A stretch of 64,000 nt of DNA from Chloroflexia bacterium. GTDB lineage: Bacteria > Chloroflexota > Chloroflexia > DTKN01. A program made the position numbers and the translations under genes. Within the stretch, counting starts at the first letter, position 1, and each line of letters opens with the position of its first letter. The DNA lies in the NCBI GenBank assembly GCA_041082245.1, contig JBDOIE010000110.1:1276-65275 (forward strand), in the 5' to 3' direction. A model generated the notes under the pieces. That model ran no database searches. It saw only the letters and a program-made list of their open reading frames with translations, and was not told the origin of the DNA. This document shows, piece after piece, positions 45,501 to 54,251 of this stretch.

Positions 45501-47030
45501 TTCCAGCCCGGCCGCGGCGAAAAAGCCGGTCTGCGGCACCTGACCGATGGCAAAGATCACCACGTCGGCCGGCAGGACGTGCTCCGTACCGGGCCGCACG
45601 TCCATATCCGGCCGTCCGTCCGGGTGAAAGCCGCGGAAATCCACTTCTGCGCACCGGACGCCGGCCACGTGCCCATCCCGGGAAACGATCTCCAGGAAGG
45701 TGCGGGAGGGAAAGATCCGCACGCCCTCTTCCTCCGCCTCCTCGATCTCCCAGGGGTGCGCAGGCATCTGGCCGCGCGATTCCAGGCAGGCCGCGCCGAC
45801 CTCCCGGGCCCCCAGGCGAAGCGCGGTGCGGGCGCAGTCCATCGCGACGTTTCCGCCTCCCAGCACAAGCACCTGCTTGCCCGTAAGGTCGGGCGGCCGG
45901 CCCAGGGCGGTCTCGCGGAGGAACTCGGTGTTCAGCAGCACCTCCGGCAGGTCCGCCCCGGGTATCGAGAGTTTGCGCCCCTGGTGCGCGCCCACGGCCA
46001 GGAACACGGCCTGGAAGCCGGAGGAGAATAGCGCGTCCAGATCCTCGACCCGCGTATTCAGTTTCAACTCCACTCCCTGGGCCAGGATGGCATCGATCTC
46101 GCGCTGCACAAGCTCGTAAGGCAGCCGGTAGGCCGGGATCCCCACGCGCATCATCCCGCCGGCGACCGGCAGCGCTTCAAAAACGGTCACCTGGTAGCCT
46201 AACCGGGCCAGATCGAGCGCGCAGGTAAGCCCTGCCGGCCCGGCGCCCACGACCGCCACCCTCCCCAGCGGCTCCTGGTCGGGGGAGCGCTTTTCCTGAG
46301 CGGCAGGCACAGAAACGCCGTTCGTCCATGCCCAATCGACGACGAAGCGCTTGAGGCGCATGATGGAAAGTGGCTCGTCCACACGGCCTCGCGAGCAGGC
46401 GTCTTCGCAGCGGTGGTTGCAGATGCGGCCGCAGATCGCCGGGAAGGGGTTGTCCTCCAGGATGGTACGGTACGCTTCCTCGTACCGGCCCTGGTGGACG
46501 AGCGCGATGTACCCCTCGGCGCGCTGGTGGATCGGGCAGGCGTTGCGACAGGGCGCTGTACCCCGTTTCTCGATCGCGAAGGCGTTCGGTGTGGCTTGGG
46601 GATAGAGCTTGTAAGTCGCTTTGCGCGTGGAGAGGTTCGCGTTGAACGGGTCCGGCAGCACGATAGGGCAGGCCTCGGCACAGTCGCCGCAGCCCGTGCA
46701 CTTGCTCAGGTCGATGAAGCGCGGCCGCTGGCGCACGTATGCGGTAAAGCGCCCTGGTTCCCCTTCGACTCGCTCGAGCTCGGCCATGGTGAGGATCTCG
46801 ATGTTCAGGTGTCGGCCGCACTCGACGAGCTTCGGGGAGAGGATACACATCGCGCAGTCGTTTGTGGGGAACGTCTTGTCCAGCATGGCCATCGTTCCCC
46901 CGATGGCCGCGGCCTTTTCCACAAGGTAGACCTTGAAGCCGGAGTTCGCCAGGTCGAGAGCGGCCTGCATCCCTCCGATGCCGCCGCCCACAACGAGTAC
47001 CGCGCCGACAACGCCTTTCTCTTCCATCAT
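42558..47030 (-). CDS. 1490-aa multi-domain flavo-FeS oxidoreductase: HdrA-like + glutamate-synthase-small-subunit(GltD)/NfnB-like + second HdrA-like module + ferredoxin domains
   Basis: MMEEKGVVGAVLVVGGGIGGMQAALD... is the HdrA FAD site. It has several CxxCxxCxxxCP clusters, a GltD-like segment (RVAVVGAGPAGLTCA...VLVLGGGNVAMDCA), and a second HdrA-like module with CCMYATK / VASCTPRTHE motifs. It ends in 2x[4Fe-4S] (CKGCGLCVAVCP, CQGCGACAVACP). Confidence 0.8.
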   Translation of the reverse strand: MMEEKGVVGAVLVVGGGIGGMQAALDLANSGFKVYLVEKAAAIGGTMAMLDKTFPTNDCAMCILSPKLVECGRHLNIEILTMAELERVEGEPGRFTAYVRQRPRFIDLSKCTGCGDCAEACPIVLPDPFNANLSTRKATYKLYPQATPNAFAIEKRGTAPCRNACPIHQRAEGYIALVHQGRYEEAYRTILEDNPFPAICGRICNHRCEDACSRGRVDEPLSIMRLKRFVVDWAWTNGVSVPAAQEKRSPDQEPLGRVAVVGAGPAGLTCALDLARLGYQVTVFEALPVAGGMMRVGIPAYRLPYELVQREIDAILAQGVELKLNTRVEDLDALFSSGFQAVFLAVGAHQGRKLSIPGADLPEVLLNTEFLRETALGRPPDLTGKQVLVLGGGNVAMDCARTALRLGAREVGAACLESRGQMPAHPWEIEEAEEEGVRIFPSRTFLEIVSRDGHVAGVRCAEVDFRGFHPDGRPDMDVRPGTEHVLPADVVIFAIGQVPQTGFFAAAGLEVRRNGTLVVDPETLMTSRPGVFAGGDAVTGTTFVVDAIAAGHRAARAIDRYLRGEAGLREPVLQPVVELSDEEIASARAEGRIVMRPRLQKKQRPVEERIRSFVEVDLPLSEEEARAEAERCLECGICSECLACARACKAGAVNHEMTEEVRALEVGAVILTPGVGLYDARLKEEFGYGRYPNVLTSIEFERMLSASGPFAGHITRPSDGREPRRIAWIQCIGSRESRCDQNYCSSVCCMYATKEAIIAREHAPDIEPTIFFLDVRAFGKGFDAYYETAMREHGVRYIRSFISSLKEDPETRDLRLTYTRPDGAVVEEQFDLVVLSVGLVAGTEARALAERLGVRLNRYGFAQTSEFAPVETSRPGIFVAGAFRGPKDIPETVVEASAAAAAAARLLAPARGTLTRSKTYPPELDVRFEEPRVGVFICHCGINIGSVVDVPAVVEYARTLPGVAYAEHNLYTCSQDTQKKITDTVRELRLNRVVVASCTPRTHEPLFQDTIREAGLNPYLFEMTNIREQDSWVHKATPEEATEKAKDLVRMAVAKALRLRPIYRPSIEIEQSALVIGGGLSGMVAALALAEQGFPVTLIEREAELGGHLRHLHYTLYGNDPQALLQETVARVLAHPRVRVYTRAELLEVGGYVGRFVSRVHLASEGRVEEIAHGAIVVATGAEAYEPKPGEYLYGQHPRVLTQREFEAQLVNHSGAVLGLGRPPSVVMIQCVGSRNEEHPWCSRICCASALKNALRLKRLEPLARVTVLFRDIRAYGFQEVYYEEARRQGVVFLEYRPEEPPEVSVEGDSLRITVRSPGEEPIGLPADWLVLSTGIVPRPEQAALAQMLKVPLTQDRFFLEAHVKLRPLDFAADGIFLCGLAHSPMPIENAIAQAQGVAVRAATLLSKDRLEGQAIVAQVNSRLCKGCGLCVAVCPYDARVLNEETRVAEVIEVLCQGCGACAVACPSGATQHLGFEKAQLVAMVDEALE

Positions 47031-47031
47031 C

Positions 47032-50000
47032 CTATGCCTCGTGGTCCTTCAGAGGGTGCGTTTCCCCTGCCGGCAGGGCAATATAGAAAGTTGCCCCCTG
47101 GCCCGGTTCGCTCTTGACCCAGACGTGCCCTCCGTGGGCACGGACGAGCAGCCATGCAATGTGAAGCCCCAGTCCGGTTCCTTCTTCCTGTCGCACGAGC
47201 GGATGGTCGCTCCGGAAAAAGCGGGTGAAGAGGCGACGCTGGTCCTGCCGGCTGAGGCCGATCCCGGTATCCTGCACGGTCAGCACGATACAGGGAAGCT
47301 GTATCACCCGCTCGACCTGTCCATCCCCTGGGATCTGCTCCGGATCCTCAACCCTCCGGAGCCTCACGACGACCGTCCCGGGCGCCGGAGTGTACTTGTA
47401 TGCGTTCGACAGCAGGTTGTCGAGCACCTGGACCATGCGCTCCCGGTCCGCCTCCACGGCCGGGACGTCGTCGGGCAGATCCAGCTCCAGCCGAAGCCCC
47501 TTACGCTCCATCCGCGGCCGCCAGGTGGCCGCGCACTCCAGGGCCACTTCCTGAAGGTAGAGCGGAGCCCTACGGAGCTGGATACGACCGGCCTCGATGC
47601 GGCTGACCTCGAGGAGGTCCTTCACCAGTGCGTCCAGTCGGGCGATGTTCGACTTGAGCACGGCCAGGAAGCCGCGCAATGTCCCGACATCCACCCGTTC
47701 GCCTTCCTGCTCGATCAACTCGGCATAGCCCCAGATGGTCCCCATCGGAACCTGCAGCTCATGGGCCACCCGGGAGAGGAACTCTCCTTTCGCCTCGTAG
47801 GCCTGCCGGAGCGCCTGGTAGAGGCGCGCGTTCTCGATCGCCGTCGCGGCCTGGTTCGCAAAGATCTCCAGCATTTCGATCGTATCCCGCGAAGGGACCT
47901 GGCGGTCGGCCGGGTCATCGACCGAAAGGATCCCGAGGAGGCGGTCCCGCCCGCGGAGCGGGACAAAGAGCGCACACCGCTCGTTCCACTCTCCAGGCTG
48001 ACGCGGGCCGAGATCCGGGATGTAGACCCCCTGGTCGCCGTGCGGCTCCCACTGGAGCGCCTCCTCAGGGCCGATCAGGTAGCTGTGGCTGACGCGCCAC
48101 TCCGGGCGCATTACTGCCTCGTACATCGCGAGCGGTGGATGCTCTGCCTGCATCCGCTTCAGCACCGCAGGATCCAGGCCGACTGCTGCCGCGCGCCGTA
48201 CGACGGTCGGGTCCTCCTCATCGGCCAGACTGAGCAGGACGATACGGAAACCCAGCGTATCTCGGATCGCCTCGACCACGAGCTGCAACACCTGGTCGAG
48301 CTCCATGTTCGCCCGCAGGGCGTTTCCCAACTTGAGCACCTCGGCGAGGTGACGCGCACGTCGATCCAGGCCGTCCCGCTGCTGGACAAGTTGCTGGTAG
48401 AGGAGCGCGTTCTCGAGCGCGACGGCGGCGTGGTCCGCCACATGGCGGAGAAACAGCCGGGCATCTTCATCGACCGTCCGCCCGGGTGCCATCACCAGGT
48501 GCAGAAAGGCCAGCAGGTTGTCCTCGCGGATGAGCGGGCAGAACAGGTGCAACGGATTTCCCTCGAGCGGGGGGGCTCCTGCGGGGATCGCGTCGTGGGG
48601 CAGCGCGAGCACCGGTTCCTCTGCCTCCAGCAGTGCCGGCAAGAGCGCTTGCCAAACCTCGTGCCATCGCGCGTCCGAGGGCCACTCGACGGTGACCAGG
48701 GGAGAACAGCTCTGGGCTTCCCCCTGGCAATGCACGAGCGCGCCCTGTGTCGCTTCGATCGCTTCACAGGCTACCTCAAGCGTCTCTTCCGCGACCTGCC
48801 TGGGGTCCAGCGCAACACAGGCCAGGGTGCGCGCAAAGCGAGCCAGCCGGCTGAGTTCCTCGAGCCGCCGGTCCAGCGCCCGATCCATCTGCTCGATGAG
48901 CCGGGCGTTCTCGATGGCAACGGCTGCCTGGTTCGCGACCGCGCTCAGGAGCGTCAGGTCTTCGACTTCGAACGTGCGCTCGGGGTCGTGGCTGTGCACC
49001 GCCAGGAACCCCAGCGGCCGGCCGGCGTGCACGATCGGCACGCCCATCCAGGCAGTCGGTGTGCGGCCACTCCCATCCAGCCCCAGGCTGCGAACCGTCT
49101 CCTCCACCTGTTCCCGAATCAGCAAGGGTTGCTTGGTCCGAATCAGGTAATCGCCCAGACGGTTGCCGCCACGGCGCGGCGGGCGGAAAACGCGTTGCCC
49201 GTCTTCCGTAGCGATCGGGAAGGACATCTCATCGCGCTCGCTATCGTACAGGCCCAGCTCAAAGTTTGTCGTATCCAGAACCTTGCCCGTCAGCTCGTAG
49301 ATCGCCTCCAGCACCTCGGATAGCCGATGCGCAGCGTTGATCTCGCGGCCGATCTCGTTCAACGCCGCAAGTTGCCGCACGCGCCGTTCGCGCTCCGAGA
49401 AGAGACGCGCATTTTCGACCGCGACCGCTGCCCGGTCCGCGAGCGCCTCCAGCAGTTCCAGCTCCTCGGCGTCGTACCGCTCACCGGATCGCTTCTCGCC
49501 AAGGTTGAGCCACCCGACCAGCCGCCCCTGGATCGATAAGGGGAGAAAGAACGCCGCCTGCAAGCGAGCGACGCGTTGACGCTCTTCCTCGGGCAAGGTG
49601 TTCAGCCACCGCTCTCTCATCGGATCGTTTGGCACCGCTGCACGGGTACCGTGCAACCGGGTAACCAACCGGTCCGTTTCGTGAAAGACGGGCGCCTGCG
49701 CCGGGTCGAGAGCGGGGACGCTCCCGTAGAGACGGTAATGGCCCCGGGAAGGCTCGAAGAGGTACAGGGACGCCCGATCCAGGTGCATCGCCCCCACGAT
49801 CCGCTGCAGGATGGTGTCGCACAGGTCGGGCAGGGCCATCAGTTGTCCCAGCGATTGAGCGAATGCCTGCACCGTGCGGCGAAAGTTCACACGCTCCCGA
49901 TACAGCAACCGATCGACCGCCTCGCGCAGGTACCGTTGTAGCGGGGCGACCAGGATGGCCGCCAGGATAATCAGGAAGGCCAGGCCAACTGGTTCGTCTG

Positions 50001-51171
50001 GCCGGATCCATCCGGGGGCGATCCGGCTTGCGGCCAGCACGATGGCCAGGAACGCTCCCGTGGCCAGGATCACAAGCAGGCTATAGACCAACCCCTGGCG
50101 CAGGACATAGTCCAGGTCCAGGAGCTGCTCCCGCGCGACGGCATAGGCCAGCGCCATTGGAAAAGCGAGCAGTGGCCCATATATGAGGAGGAGGTGCGCA
50201 TCGTAGCTGAGGAAGGCCAACCCGGAGAGAAATGCGAAAGCTGCTGGCAGGAAGGCCATCGTGCTGCCGATCAGGATCGCGCGCGCTTGCCGGCGCACGC
50301 GCGCGTCAAGAGGGAAGTACAGCCTCCAGAGCATGCTGCCAATCAGGACCAGGGCAGCCAGGCACACCCAGACATATATCCACCGCCACGGCCGCAAAAA
50401 CGCTTCCGGATCGACACCCAGCGACCGGTTTCGCTGGTCCCAGGCGATGAGTGCCGCTGCAGGGAGGTAGCCCAGCCAGGCCAGCCCGGGGCGTCGACGC
50501 AATCCGGGTAACGGTTGGGGGAACAGCAACGCCAGGTGGATGCCCCCCGCCGCTGTGAGCGGAAGGCCCAACGCCCAGACATGGTGCAGATGCTGGCCGG
50601 TAAACGCGTCGAAGAACAGGGCGCTGCTCAGGGCGATCCCGGCGCACAACATCGTGCACGCTGCGGCATCCGCTTCCGCGCGCCCGTGAAAAACCCACAA
50701 GCCACAGGACAGGTATGTCAGGGCGACTACGTAGGGGCCCCAGAAGAGCAGCGCAAGGTCCCGCGTCCGCCACCTGCCCACCGGCACGGCGACCGTTTTC
50801 CGCTGGCCGTCGGGATCTTCCACGTCGTAGCGCACGATAGAACCAGGTGCGAGCCCCCTGAGGTAAACGTAGAGATCGGCCGGCCGTCGAATCGTGAGAC
50901 CGTCTGCCCCAACAATCCGCTGCGGAAAGCGCAGTCCGGCAGCCAGTCCGGCCCACTCGGGGCGTCCGATGCGGCTCACAGCCCGGGTGGGCTCCACAAG
51001 AAAACCCGGAAAGGGCCGATGCCCCTGCTCAAGCGCCAGGAAAGGTGTCACGAGGCACGCCAGAGTGGCCACTGCAAGCCAGATGCCCGCAACCACCCGC
51101 TCCAGGCGTCGGCCCGGGGAAAGGTTTCGTCCTTTCCTGTTGCCCCGAAACAGCTTGAAACGCGGAGACAT
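47032..51171 (-). CDS. multi-GAF sensor histidine kinase with N-terminal membrane/sensor region
   Basis: An N-terminal TM, a roughly 110-aa extracytoplasmic segment and about 7 TM helices. At least four GAF domains. HisKA (VAHELQVPMGTIWGY), then HATPase_c (DTGIGLSRQDQRRLFTRFFR...GTGLGLHIAWLLV). ATG after GAGGG; alternative GTG at 51192. Confidence 0.85.
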   Translation of the reverse strand: MSPRFKLFRGNRKGRNLSPGRRLERVVAGIWLAVATLACLVTPFLALEQGHRPFPGFLVEPTRAVSRIGRPEWAGLAAGLRFPQRIVGADGLTIRRPADLYVYLRGLAPGSIVRYDVEDPDGQRKTVAVPVGRWRTRDLALLFWGPYVVALTYLSCGLWVFHGRAEADAAACTMLCAGIALSSALFFDAFTGQHLHHVWALGLPLTAAGGIHLALLFPQPLPGLRRRPGLAWLGYLPAAALIAWDQRNRSLGVDPEAFLRPWRWIYVWVCLAALVLIGSMLWRLYFPLDARVRRQARAILIGSTMAFLPAAFAFLSGLAFLSYDAHLLLIYGPLLAFPMALAYAVAREQLLDLDYVLRQGLVYSLLVILATGAFLAIVLAASRIAPGWIRPDEPVGLAFLIILAAILVAPLQRYLREAVDRLLYRERVNFRRTVQAFAQSLGQLMALPDLCDTILQRIVGAMHLDRASLYLFEPSRGHYRLYGSVPALDPAQAPVFHETDRLVTRLHGTRAAVPNDPMRERWLNTLPEEERQRVARLQAAFFLPLSIQGRLVGWLNLGEKRSGERYDAEELELLEALADRAAVAVENARLFSERERRVRQLAALNEIGREINAAHRLSEVLEAIYELTGKVLDTTNFELGLYDSERDEMSFPIATEDGQRVFRPPRRGGNRLGDYLIRTKQPLLIREQVEETVRSLGLDGSGRTPTAWMGVPIVHAGRPLGFLAVHSHDPERTFEVEDLTLLSAVANQAAVAIENARLIEQMDRALDRRLEELSRLARFARTLACVALDPRQVAEETLEVACEAIEATQGALVHCQGEAQSCSPLVTVEWPSDARWHEVWQALLPALLEAEEPVLALPHDAIPAGAPPLEGNPLHLFCPLIREDNLLAFLHLVMAPGRTVDEDARLFLRHVADHAAVALENALLYQQLVQQRDGLDRRARHLAEVLKLGNALRANMELDQVLQLVVEAIRDTLGFRIVLLSLADEEDPTVVRRAAAVGLDPAVLKRMQAEHPPLAMYEAVMRPEWRVSHSYLIGPEEALQWEPHGDQGVYIPDLGPRQPGEWNERCALFVPLRGRDRLLGILSVDDPADRQVPSRDTIEMLEIFANQAATAIENARLYQALRQAYEAKGEFLSRVAHELQVPMGTIWGYAELIEQEGERVDVGTLRGFLAVLKSNIARLDALVKDLLEVSRIEAGRIQLRRAPLYLQEVALECAATWRPRMERKGLRLELDLPDDVPAVEADRERMVQVLDNLLSNAYKYTPAPGTVVVRLRRVEDPEQIPGDGQVERVIQLPCIVLTVQDTGIGLSRQDQRRLFTRFFRSDHPLVRQEEGTGLGLHIAWLLVRAHGGHVWVKSEPGQGATFYIALPAGETHPLKDHEA

Positions 51172-51216
51172 CGGCCCTCGATTCAGTCGCACCCTCGCGG
51201 CCCCTGCGCCGCGGTG

Positions 51217-52929
51217 CTACAGTTCCAAGGCATCGACCATCGCAAGGATCTGATCCGCGCTCCAGTTGTGCACCTGGGAAGCCTTGTTCGGGCAGGCCGC
51301 GACACACGCCCCACACGACTGGCACAGCGCTGGGTTCACAACGGCAACCCGGCGGCGGGCGTCCACCGTGCGTGCGCCGTACGGGCAGGCGCCGACGCAG
51401 ATCCCGCAGCCGGCGCAGATCTCCTCGATCACATAGGCCACCGTCGGCTCCTGGACCAGTTCCTGCTGGGAGAACAGGGCCAGCACCTTGGCCGCAGCGC
51501 CGCTCGCCTGTGCCACAGTATCCGGGATGTCCTTGGGAGCCTGGGCCGCTCCAGCAAGGAAAATGCCGGCGGTCAGGCTTTCCACCGGCCGCAGTTTCGG
51601 GTGGGCTTCGCTGAAAAACCCGTAAGGGTCGGTAGCCACACGGAGGCGCTGGGCGAGCTCCACAGCCCCCTCAGAGGACACAGCGGCCGTCGCCAGCACC
51701 ACGAGGTCTGCCGCGACTTCGATCGTCCGTCCACTGAGCGTGTCGACCCCCCAGACGATCGTGTGGTCTCCTTGCGGAAAGACCTTCGCCACCCGACCGC
51801 GAAGGTACAGGATGCCATCTGTCTCCATCGCTGCCTGGACGAACTCCTCGTACCCCTTTCCGGCGGAGCGGATGTCGATGTAAAAGACGGTGGCGTGTCC
51901 GTCCGGCACGCGCTGACGGAAGAGCCGCGCCTGCTTGGCAGTGTACATACAGCAGATCCGCGAACAGTACGGCATCCCGCGCTCGGGATCCCGCGAACGC
52001 ACGCACTGCACAAAGACGACTTCCTTCGGCACTTTGCCGTCGGAGGGGCGGCGCAGGCCGTCCGGTCGGGCGAGCATACGCTCGAACTCGAGCGCGCTGA
52101 CGACGTCCGCGTAGGCTCCGGCACCGTACTCGCCGAGCAGTCGCATCGGGAAAAGGTCGAACCCCGTGGCCACGACGATCGCCCCGACGTCCAGGGGGTC
52201 GCCGGCCGCGCTATCCGCTGCCCCGGCCGGCTTGAGGCGTGCCCGGAAGTTGCCGATATATCCTTCCAGCGAGGCTAGCTCGGTCTGCAGGTGCACTTCG
52301 ATGCGCGGGTGCTCCTCGACCGCCCGAATCCGCTCGGCGATCAGGTCCGGCCCGCCCCGGAAGTTGAGGTAAACGCCAGAAAGCTGCGCCACCTTCCCGC
52401 CCAGACGGTCGCTTCGTTCCACCAGCACGACCGGGTAGCCGGCATCCGCAATATCCAGCGCGGCCTGAAGGCCGGCAAGCCCCCCACCGAGGATCAGCGC
52501 CCGCCGGGTGATCGGCATCGCAAGGGGCTGGAGGGCCTCATCGCGCGCGGTCTTGGCAACCATCGTCCGGACGATTTCCGTCGCCTTGAGCGTCGCTTTC
52601 TCCGGCTCGGCCTGGTGCACCCAACTGCACTGTTCCCGGATGTTCGCGATCTCGCAGCAGTAGGGGTTGAGGCCCGCGGAAGCGCTTGCCTTGCGGAAGG
52701 TCGTTTCGTGCATCGCCGGCGAGCAGGCCGCGACAATCACGCCGTCCAGGTTCTGTTCGGCGATCGCCTGACGGATCAGGTCCTGGCCGGGTTGGGAGCA
52801 CATATACTTGTAGGTGGTGGCGTACACCACGTGCGGCTCGCTGCGGAGCGCTTCCGCCACCGCTTCTACGTCGACCGTCCCGGCGATGTTCAGCCCGCAG
52901 TGGCAGATAAAGACGCCGATCCGACGCAT
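51217..52929 (-). CDS. hdrA: heterodisulfide reductase subunit A (HdrA) homolog
   Basis: MRRIGVFICHCGLNIAGT...LILGGGLAGLQAALDIADAGYPVVLVE...CVRSRDPERGMPYCSRICCMYTAKQA...C-terminal CAGCGICVGACP / CQSCGACVAACP. Confidence 0.85.
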   Translation of the reverse strand: MRRIGVFICHCGLNIAGTVDVEAVAEALRSEPHVVYATTYKYMCSQPGQDLIRQAIAEQNLDGVIVAACSPAMHETTFRKASASAGLNPYCCEIANIREQCSWVHQAEPEKATLKATEIVRTMVAKTARDEALQPLAMPITRRALILGGGLAGLQAALDIADAGYPVVLVERSDRLGGKVAQLSGVYLNFRGGPDLIAERIRAVEEHPRIEVHLQTELASLEGYIGNFRARLKPAGAADSAAGDPLDVGAIVVATGFDLFPMRLLGEYGAGAYADVVSALEFERMLARPDGLRRPSDGKVPKEVVFVQCVRSRDPERGMPYCSRICCMYTAKQARLFRQRVPDGHATVFYIDIRSAGKGYEEFVQAAMETDGILYLRGRVAKVFPQGDHTIVWGVDTLSGRTIEVAADLVVLATAAVSSEGAVELAQRLRVATDPYGFFSEAHPKLRPVESLTAGIFLAGAAQAPKDIPDTVAQASGAAAKVLALFSQQELVQEPTVAYVIEEICAGCGICVGACPYGARTVDARRRVAVVNPALCQSCGACVAACPNKASQVHNWSADQILAMVDALEL

Positions 52930-54251
52930 CAGCCCTGCTCCTTCTGGGTCCAGCGCTGGAAGAGCGCGAGCACCTTAGCCGCGGCACCGCTCGCCTGAGC
53001 CACGGTATCGGGGATGTCCTTGGGACTCTGGGCGGCACCCGCAAGGTAGATGCCCGGACGCGTGCTCTCCATCGGCCGCATCGCCTCGTCGGCCTCCCGG
53101 AAGAAGCCGTGCTCGTCCACCTCGATCCCCAGGATGGCGGCAAGCTCCTGCGCGGAAGGATCGGCCACCACGGCCGTAGCCAGGACGACCATATCGGCGG
53201 CAACCTCGACCGGTTTGCCGGTGAGCGTGTCCGTTCCCCACACGATCACCTTGCCGTCCTGGGGGAAGAGCCGGGAGACGCGTCCGCGGATATAGAGCAC
53301 GCGCTCCTCTTCCATCGCGCGCTGGACGAACTCCTCATAGTTCTTGCCGGCGGAGCGGATGTCGATGTAGAAAACGTACGCCTGGCCGTCGTGCACGCGG
53401 TGCTTGTAGAGCATGGCGTGCTTGGCGGTGTACATACAGCAGATGCGCGAACAGTAGGGCATCCCGCGCTCGGGATCCCGTGAGCGCACACACTGCACAA
53501 AGACGACCTCTTTCGGCTCCTTCCCATCGGACGGGCGCCGGATCTGACCCGCCGTCGGACCGCTGGCGGAGAGCAGCCGCTCGAACTGGATACCCGTCAG
53601 CACATCCGCGAGCGCTCCTGCGCCGTACTCCCCGATTTCGGCCGGCGGATAGAGGCCGAAGCCTGTCGCCACCACGATGGCGCCCACCTCTTCCTCGACC
53701 GTCGTCTCCTGCTGGTCGAACGCGATCGCGCCGGTCGGGCACAGTTTTTCGCAGGCCCGGCACTTGCCCCGCTGGAAGTAGATGCAGGAGGCGGGATCGA
53801 TCACCGGCTTGTTGGGCACAGCCTGAGGGGAAAGGGTGTAGATCGCCTTGCGGCGGCCGACGCCTTCATCGAAATCCGACAGAACCCGAGCGGGGCACTT
53901 TTCCTGGCAAAGGCCGCACCCCGTGCAGCGGCTCCAGTCCACGTAGGCCGGCCGGCGACGGATCCGGGCGCGGAAACGGCCGACATCCCCCTCGAGCCCG
54001 ACTACCTCCGAGTAGGTGTAGAGGCGGATGCGCGGGTGCTGCCCCACTTCCACGGTGCGCGGGGTCAGGATGCACTGGGCACAGTCGAGGGTGGGAAAAG
54101 TCTCGGAGAGCTGCAGCATATGCCCGCCGATGGAGGGCCGGCGTTCCACGAGCACGACCTCGAAACCGGCGTTGGCGATATCCAGTGCTGCCTGCATTCC
54201 GGCAATGCCGGCCCCGATCACGAGGGCGCGCGGGATGCCGTCCGTCTTCAT
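52929..54251 (-). CDS. hdrA: heterodisulfide reductase subunit A (HdrA) homolog, second copy
   Basis: MKTDGIPRALVIGAGIAGMQAALDIANAGFEVVLVE...CTGCGLCQEKCP...CVRSRDPERGMPYCSRICCMYTAKHA. ATG overlaps the hdrB stop (ATGA). The ORF's first 104 aa are spurious. Confidence 0.85.
   Translation of the reverse strand: MKTDGIPRALVIGAGIAGMQAALDIANAGFEVVLVERRPSIGGHMLQLSETFPTLDCAQCILTPRTVEVGQHPRIRLYTYSEVVGLEGDVGRFRARIRRRPAYVDWSRCTGCGLCQEKCPARVLSDFDEGVGRRKAIYTLSPQAVPNKPVIDPASCIYFQRGKCRACEKLCPTGAIAFDQQETTVEEEVGAIVVATGFGLYPPAEIGEYGAGALADVLTGIQFERLLSASGPTAGQIRRPSDGKEPKEVVFVQCVRSRDPERGMPYCSRICCMYTAKHAMLYKHRVHDGQAYVFYIDIRSAGKNYEEFVQRAMEEERVLYIRGRVSRLFPQDGKVIVWGTDTLTGKPVEVAADMVVLATAVVADPSAQELAAILGIEVDEHGFFREADEAMRPMESTRPGIYLAGAAQSPKDIPDTVAQASGAAAKVLALFQRWTQKEQG

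Noticed and set aside
42462-46031. 1189-aa plus-strand ORF
   Set aside because: Antisense to the 1490-aa HdrA-like fusion gene. Typical long open antisense frame in high-GC DNA.
46933-49323. 796-aa plus-strand ORF
   Set aside because: Antisense to the GAF histidine kinase gene.
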